From Candidatus Bathyarchaeia archaeon (GTDB taxonomy: Archaea > Thermoproteota > Bathyarchaeia > Bathyarchaeales > Bathycorpusculaceae), in assembly GCA_038882955.1 (NCBI GenBank), contig JAVZNC010000005.1, forward strand, positions 1 through 64,000: 64,000 bases of DNA. The letters are read 5' to 3'. Positions 59,841-64,000 of the stretch are shown here, one piece after another (the stretch's first letter is position 1; the number at the start of each line of letters is the position of its first letter). Made by a program: the position numbers and the translations under genes. Below the pieces are notes generated by a model. It was not told the DNA's origin. It saw nothing but the letters and a program-made list of their open reading frames with translations, and did no database searches.

Positions 59841-60731
59841 CTAGCTGTATATTGGTGTTCCTTCCTTCGGGTCTTGAACCATCTTCATAAATTCTTCCAT
59901 AAGCCTTCTCGTCACTGGTCCAGGCTTGCCTTCGCCGATAACTCTTTTGTTTATTTCCTTGACTGGCACAATTTCTGCGGCTGTTCCCGTGAAGAAAACC
60001 TCGTCCGCGTTAAACAACTCGTAAGGCGTTATGTTCTTCTCCACGACTTCGTATCCGAGTTTTTTGGCGAGGTTAATTACTGCTTCGGCGGTTATTCCTG
60101 GAAGCGCTCCAGTATAGCTTGGAGGTGTGAAGATTTTGCGTCCTTTTACTATGAATATGTTTTCTGCCACGCCTTCGCAGATGAAGCCGTTTTTGTCGAG
60201 GCATATGGCTTCGTCTACGCCGCTTATGTTTGCTTCGATTTTTGCGAGTATGCTGTTTAGGTAGTTGAGCGATTTTATTTCGTGTGTCGTTGCGTCTACA
60301 GGGTCTCTTTTAACCCATGAAATCATGGCTGTTATTCCGTTTTCTTTGGCTTCTGTTTTCAGTAGCTTTATCGTGTCTGCTATGACTATTATTGTTGGTT
60401 TTTGGCATTTTCTCGGGTCTAGTCCCAAGTCGCCAATGCCTCTCGTGACTATTAGGCGTATGTAGGCGTCCTTTAGCTTGTTTTTGCGCAGTGTTTCTAA
60501 GACGATTTTCATCATTTCCTCTTTTGGTGCTGGAATTTGCAGCATTATGGTGTGTGCGGAGCGGTAAAGCCTATCTATGTGCTCTTTAAGTTTAAAGACA
60601 ACGCCGTTGTATGCGCGGATTCCTTCGAATATTCCGTCGCCGTAAAGGAGACCGTGGTCGTAAACTGAGATTTTTGCTTGAGACTTTGGGTAGTATTCAC
60701 CGTCGATATAAACGAGAAGTTCTCTTTCCAA
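59841..60731 (-). CDS. ilvE: Branched-chain amino acid aminotransferase
   Basis: Motifs [36 protein letters not shown] and [11 protein letters not shown]. Confidence 0.95.
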   Translation of the reverse strand: MERELLVYIDGEYYPKSQAKISVYDHGLLYGDGIFEGIRAYNGVVFKLKEHIDRLYRSAHTIMLQIPAPKEEMMKIVLETLRKNKLKDAYIRLIVTRGIGDLGLDPRKCQKPTIIVIADTIKLLKTEAKENGITAMISWVKRDPVDATTHEIKSLNYLNSILAKIEANISGVDEAICLDKNGFICEGVAENIFIVKGRKIFTPPSYTGALPGITAEAVINLAKKLGYEVVEKNITPYELFNADEVFFTGTAAEIVPVKEINKRVIGEGKPGPVTRRLMEEFMKMVQDPKEGTPIYS

Positions 60732-60817
60732 TTGGTGTCTCCCCTAGACTAGAAGATTAGCTATCGACTTTTGGGTTTGATATATTTTTTGCAAAAATTT
60801 GCCTTTTCACAATATTG

Positions 60818-62686
60818 TTAGCCGTAGAACTGCGGTCTCTTCGAAAGGTATGTTGGAAGCGGCAGCGGCTTAAAGGGTTTAGCTCCAACCTCCCTTTCAA
60901 TTTCCTTTACTAGTTCTTCAAGTTTCATGTTTCGTATTTCTCCAGCTTTTCTGTCCCTAACTGGGAGCGTTTCTGATTGCGCTTCCTTTTGTCCCAAAAC
61001 GATTATGTACGGAACCCACTCCATTTCGGCTTCGCGAATTCTCTTCTGCAATGTCATTGCCCTATCATCTATGTCATAGCGTATACAATGTGCCTCCAAT
61101 TTTTTCCCAAGTTTTTCTGCGTGTTCAAGGTGGCTTGTTGACATTGGGATTATGCGAACTTGTGTCGGCGAAAGCCAAAGCGGAAGCATTGGCGGTTTGC
61201 CGTTTTGTTGGTCTTTGTAGGCTTTTTCGAGCAATGCGTACACGCATCTTTCGATGGCTCCGCTTGGTGAACAATGCAAAATCAGCGGATAACGCCTTTC
61301 GCCCTTCTCGTCGACGAATGTTATGTCGTATCTTTTGGCGTTTTCTATGTCGATTTGGTCTGTTGAAAGGGCTGCAGCCTTGTCTTGGTTATCAACAAAG
61401 TTGAAGTCCCATTTTAGTGTGAAGTAGAAGAAGCGTTCCTCCCACATCTCCACAAGCGCGGGTTTGCCGAAAATTTTCACCAGAGACTCCACAAAATTCC
61501 TGTTTTCCTTGTAAAAGTCCTTTGTGAAACGTATTGCCACTTCGTAAGCCTCTTTCGGCAAGCCTATTGCTTCCAAAACTTCTATGCAAAGCTTAAACCT
61601 AACAATGAATTCGCTTTTAGCTTGTTCGAGGTCTTTGCAGAAGGCGTGGCAGTCTGGCATTGTGAAGGCTCTTAGGCGTCTTAAGCCCACAACCTCGCCG
61701 CTTTTTTCGCGTCTAAAGCTGTAGCGTGTCAGTTCGTAAACTTTTAGGGGCATATGCCTATAAGAGAACTGTGTGTCATGAACCATGAGGAACTGCCCAA
61801 AGCACGCAGCGAAACGCAGGAAAAGCTCTTTGTCTTCCGATTTTAGCAGGTACTGTCTTGCTGGAAAACGGTTTATGTAGTCGGCTAGGCTTGGATGTTG
61901 AAAATCGTACATTACTGGAGTTTCAACTTCCATGGCGCCGTACTCTATCATTTTGGCTGTCACAAACTGCTCAAGAAGCGACTTGATTAATCGTCCCTTC
62001 GGATACCACCTTATGTTTCCAGGGTCGCTTCCAAACTCGTAATCCGCTATTTCAAGCCTCTTCATTAAAGGAACATGCGGAGGCATCTGCTGACTTGCCC
62101 TAACCTTCGAAACTTCATACTTCATGAACTTTTCAAGGTTTTCATGCCCCTTAAAATCGAATTCTTCAACTGGAACCATTTTGCCGTCTGGCTGAAGAAT
62201 ATACCAATATGACTTCAGCTTTTCTTCAGCTTTCACTGCTTCGGATACACGTTCTTCCTTCTCCGCCTTTTCCGCTTCTGGGAGGAAAACACGCGACTGT
62301 TCTGCAAGTGGGTGCCCTTTTATCGCAATTGTGAACTGTTTGTTCCAGCCGAAAGGTGCACGGTAAGTTTCTAAACCCTTTTCTTTCGCGTATGCCTCCA
62401 TGGCTTTAATTACTTTTAACGCTTCTGAGGGTTTTGCGAGGTTGCTGCTTAAGTGGGCGTATGGATAAATCAATATGCGGTTCACTTTGAGTTTTTCGAG
62501 GAAGGCGTAAACTTCGTCTATTGCCTTTTTCGCTAAGGCGGTGTTGTCGCCCTCTTCAACCGCCGTGAAAAGAACAACTATTTCTTCTAGGCGTGTTTTC
62601 TTCTTTTCTGCCTCTTCAGCCATGGCTATTTCTTTTTGTATTGGCTGAAACTCGATGAAGTCGGAGTGCAACTGTAATATCCGCAT
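60818..62686 (-). CDS. thrS: Threonyl-tRNA synthetase (archaeal type with N-terminal editing domain)
   Basis: Motifs MRILQLHSD, YPYAHLS, RAPFGW, RFAACFGQF, RLRAFTMPD and HCSPSGAIER. Confidence 0.97.
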   Translation of the reverse strand: MRILQLHSDFIEFQPIQKEIAMAEEAEKKKTRLEEIVVLFTAVEEGDNTALAKKAIDEVYAFLEKLKVNRILIYPYAHLSSNLAKPSEALKVIKAMEAYAKEKGLETYRAPFGWNKQFTIAIKGHPLAEQSRVFLPEAEKAEKEERVSEAVKAEEKLKSYWYILQPDGKMVPVEEFDFKGHENLEKFMKYEVSKVRASQQMPPHVPLMKRLEIADYEFGSDPGNIRWYPKGRLIKSLLEQFVTAKMIEYGAMEVETPVMYDFQHPSLADYINRFPARQYLLKSEDKELFLRFAACFGQFLMVHDTQFSYRHMPLKVYELTRYSFRREKSGEVVGLRRLRAFTMPDCHAFCKDLEQAKSEFIVRFKLCIEVLEAIGLPKEAYEVAIRFTKDFYKENRNFVESLVKIFGKPALVEMWEERFFYFTLKWDFNFVDNQDKAAALSTDQIDIENAKRYDITFVDEKGERRYPLILHCSPSGAIERCVYALLEKAYKDQQNGKPPMLPLWLSPTQVRIIPMSTSHLEHAEKLGKKLEAHCIRYDIDDRAMTLQKRIREAEMEWVPYIIVLGQKEAQSETLPVRDRKAGEIRNMKLEELVKEIEREVGAKPFKPLPLPTYLSKRPQFYG

Positions 62687-62703
62687 TTCACAATCACCCT
62701 GCT

Positions 62704-62913
62704 TTAGCCCATGTGCCGCCACTTTTCAAGCTGCTTATCCTTCTTTGTACGCTTTTTATACTCCTTATAATGTTCCTTACAAAGATAAGCGCGTCTACCC
62801 TCAGCATTCACATTCAAGCCAGAAGACCTTACCTTATCTAGGGAAAGCGAGCGAACCGCCTCCTTGCCGCATCCAGAAACGTTGCATTTTACGCCTTTGT
62901 CGATACGCCCCAA
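62704..62913 (-). CDS. Small basic zinc-binding protein
   Basis: 69 aa with CNVSGC ... LCKEH and a Lys-rich C-terminus. It is co-oriented with the PfkB gene and thrS. Confidence 0.75.
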   Translation of the reverse strand: MGRIDKGVKCNVSGCGKEAVRSLSLDKVRSSGLNVNAEGRRAYLCKEHYKEYKKRTKKDKQLEKWRHMG

Positions 62914-62937
62914 CGCTAGCGTCTCCTTTTCTGAGTA

Positions 62938-63861
62938 CTAATGCAGTTCATTCTTAATTTCTTTTTCACAGAGTACATGCGCCCTTCTATAAATTTCGGT
63001 TGTGCAATCAGCGAAAGTCGGACCAACAGCTTCAACAGCAACTGAAGCCGCTGCGGAGCCCACGCACGCACACCATAATGCTTCTTTGCCTTTGACGTAT
63101 TCTGCGAGAAAAGCGCCTATGAAAACGTCTCCAGCGCCCGTTGGGTCAACAACCTTCGCTGCGTTGTATGCCGGAATGTTGTATTCTGCTCCTTCAACCG
63201 AGAGCAAGGCGCCCTTCATGCCCAAAGTGACTATGACTATTTCTACGCCAAAATCATGGACTGCTCTTACAGCTGCGTTAACATCGTTTAGGCTTGTTGC
63301 ATACATGATTTCTTCAGAAGAAGACTTGTATATGTTAACGTGTTCAAAAATTTGTTTGTTTGGCAAGTTGCGATAAGCCACATTTCCGTTTTCGTCGAAA
63401 GTTCGCAGAAAACCTTGAGGGTCTAAAGATAGGCAATCTGTATGCGCATGGAGTTTTTTCACAACTTCGTTTTCGATTTCATCTGCAATTGGCGCTATGT
63501 GTATTGCCTTTGCCCTCAAAGAGTTTGGTACATCGCCAACAGTTATTTGTGGGGCTTTATTTGCAAGGCGCAAACCCCTACTTGATAGGTCTTGGCTGTA
63601 ATTTAATTCGAAACGTGTTGTAAACGCGTCTTCAATTTTATACACGCCAGAAAGGTTTATGCCCTCTTGCCTAAGCCACCACATATAGGCTTCTGGAAAG
63701 TCGCCGCCAACCTTAGATATGACAGAAACGTTTGCGCCTAAACGTTGGGCTGAAAGCGCTACATAAGCCACTGAACCGCCCAAAATGATGTATGGCTTTT
63801 GATTTGATGGGAGAAGGATGGAGTCTATTGAGAATTGTCCGACTGCTGCTACATCAGCCAA
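62938..63861 (-). CDS. PfkB-family carbohydrate/nucleoside kinase
   Basis: Motifs LGGSVAY, VGGDF, DPQGF, VTLG and DPTGAGDVF. Confidence 0.9.
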   Translation of the reverse strand: MADVAAVGQFSIDSILLPSNQKPYIILGGSVAYVALSAQRLGANVSVISKVGGDFPEAYMWWLRQEGINLSGVYKIEDAFTTRFELNYSQDLSSRGLRLANKAPQITVGDVPNSLRAKAIHIAPIADEIENEVVKKLHAHTDCLSLDPQGFLRTFDENGNVAYRNLPNKQIFEHVNIYKSSSEEIMYATSLNDVNAAVRAVHDFGVEIVIVTLGMKGALLSVEGAEYNIPAYNAAKVVDPTGAGDVFIGAFLAEYVKGKEALWCACVGSAAASVAVEAVGPTFADCTTEIYRRAHVLCEKEIKNELH

Positions 63862-63935
63862 CGTTGGTGAATTGCCTCCAAATAGGTTAGTATACAGACG
63901 AAACGAATATAACTTTAATTTGTAAACATGAACAA

Positions 63936-63962
63936 GACAGCCTAGCTAGATTTTTGATTGAA
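63936..63962. repeat. Dispersed intergenic repeat, copy C (degenerate)
   Basis: GACAGCCTAGCTAGATTTTTGATTGAA shares GAnAGCC...CTAGATTTTTGnTTG with copy A. Confidence 0.45.
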
Positions 63963-64000
63963 GTAAGAGAATTGCCTTTGCTAGATCGCCTCCACACTCT

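Noticed and set aside
60786-60797. Palindrome TTTTTGCAAAAA between thrS and ilvE
   Set aside because: It is low-complexity AT sequence in a terminator/promoter zone and is expected by chance.

Overview
A gene-dense archaeal chromosome segment. Archaeal ThrRS, ProRS, ApgM, PGK, CTP-dependent RibK, tungsten oxidoreductases and GGTGA/GGAG ribosome-binding sites point to an anaerobic heterotroph; gene content suggests Bathyarchaeia (inference). The window opens with the 3' end of a tyrosine integrase 16 bp upstream of tRNA-Glu(CTC). An accessory-looking catabolic block follows (~0.6-18.4 kb): aminotransferase, MoaD-like protein, Cys-less flavoprotein, AOR plus Fe-S subunit, bacterial-type KdgK, Eda-VOC fusion, GlcD/GlcF-like pair, DUF917, RraA, and a nucleotidyltransferase / APC permease / 2-TM protein / metallophosphoesterase cluster. 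The rest is largely housekeeping: thyX, ACD, ino1, gcvH, bacterial-type GAPDH, pgk, a GT4/GH57 glycogen locus, tldD/pmbA, EndoQ, WOR5- and FOR-like oxidoreductases, tdh/kbl, proS, ilvE, thrS and a five-domain pilin-like surface protein. The best candidate for an undescribed system is the nucleotidyltransferase/phosphoesterase/membrane cluster at 13.4-17.5 kb. A small dispersed intergenic repeat and several probable pseudo-enzymes are also noted. All calls come from motif recognition by eye; no searches were run.
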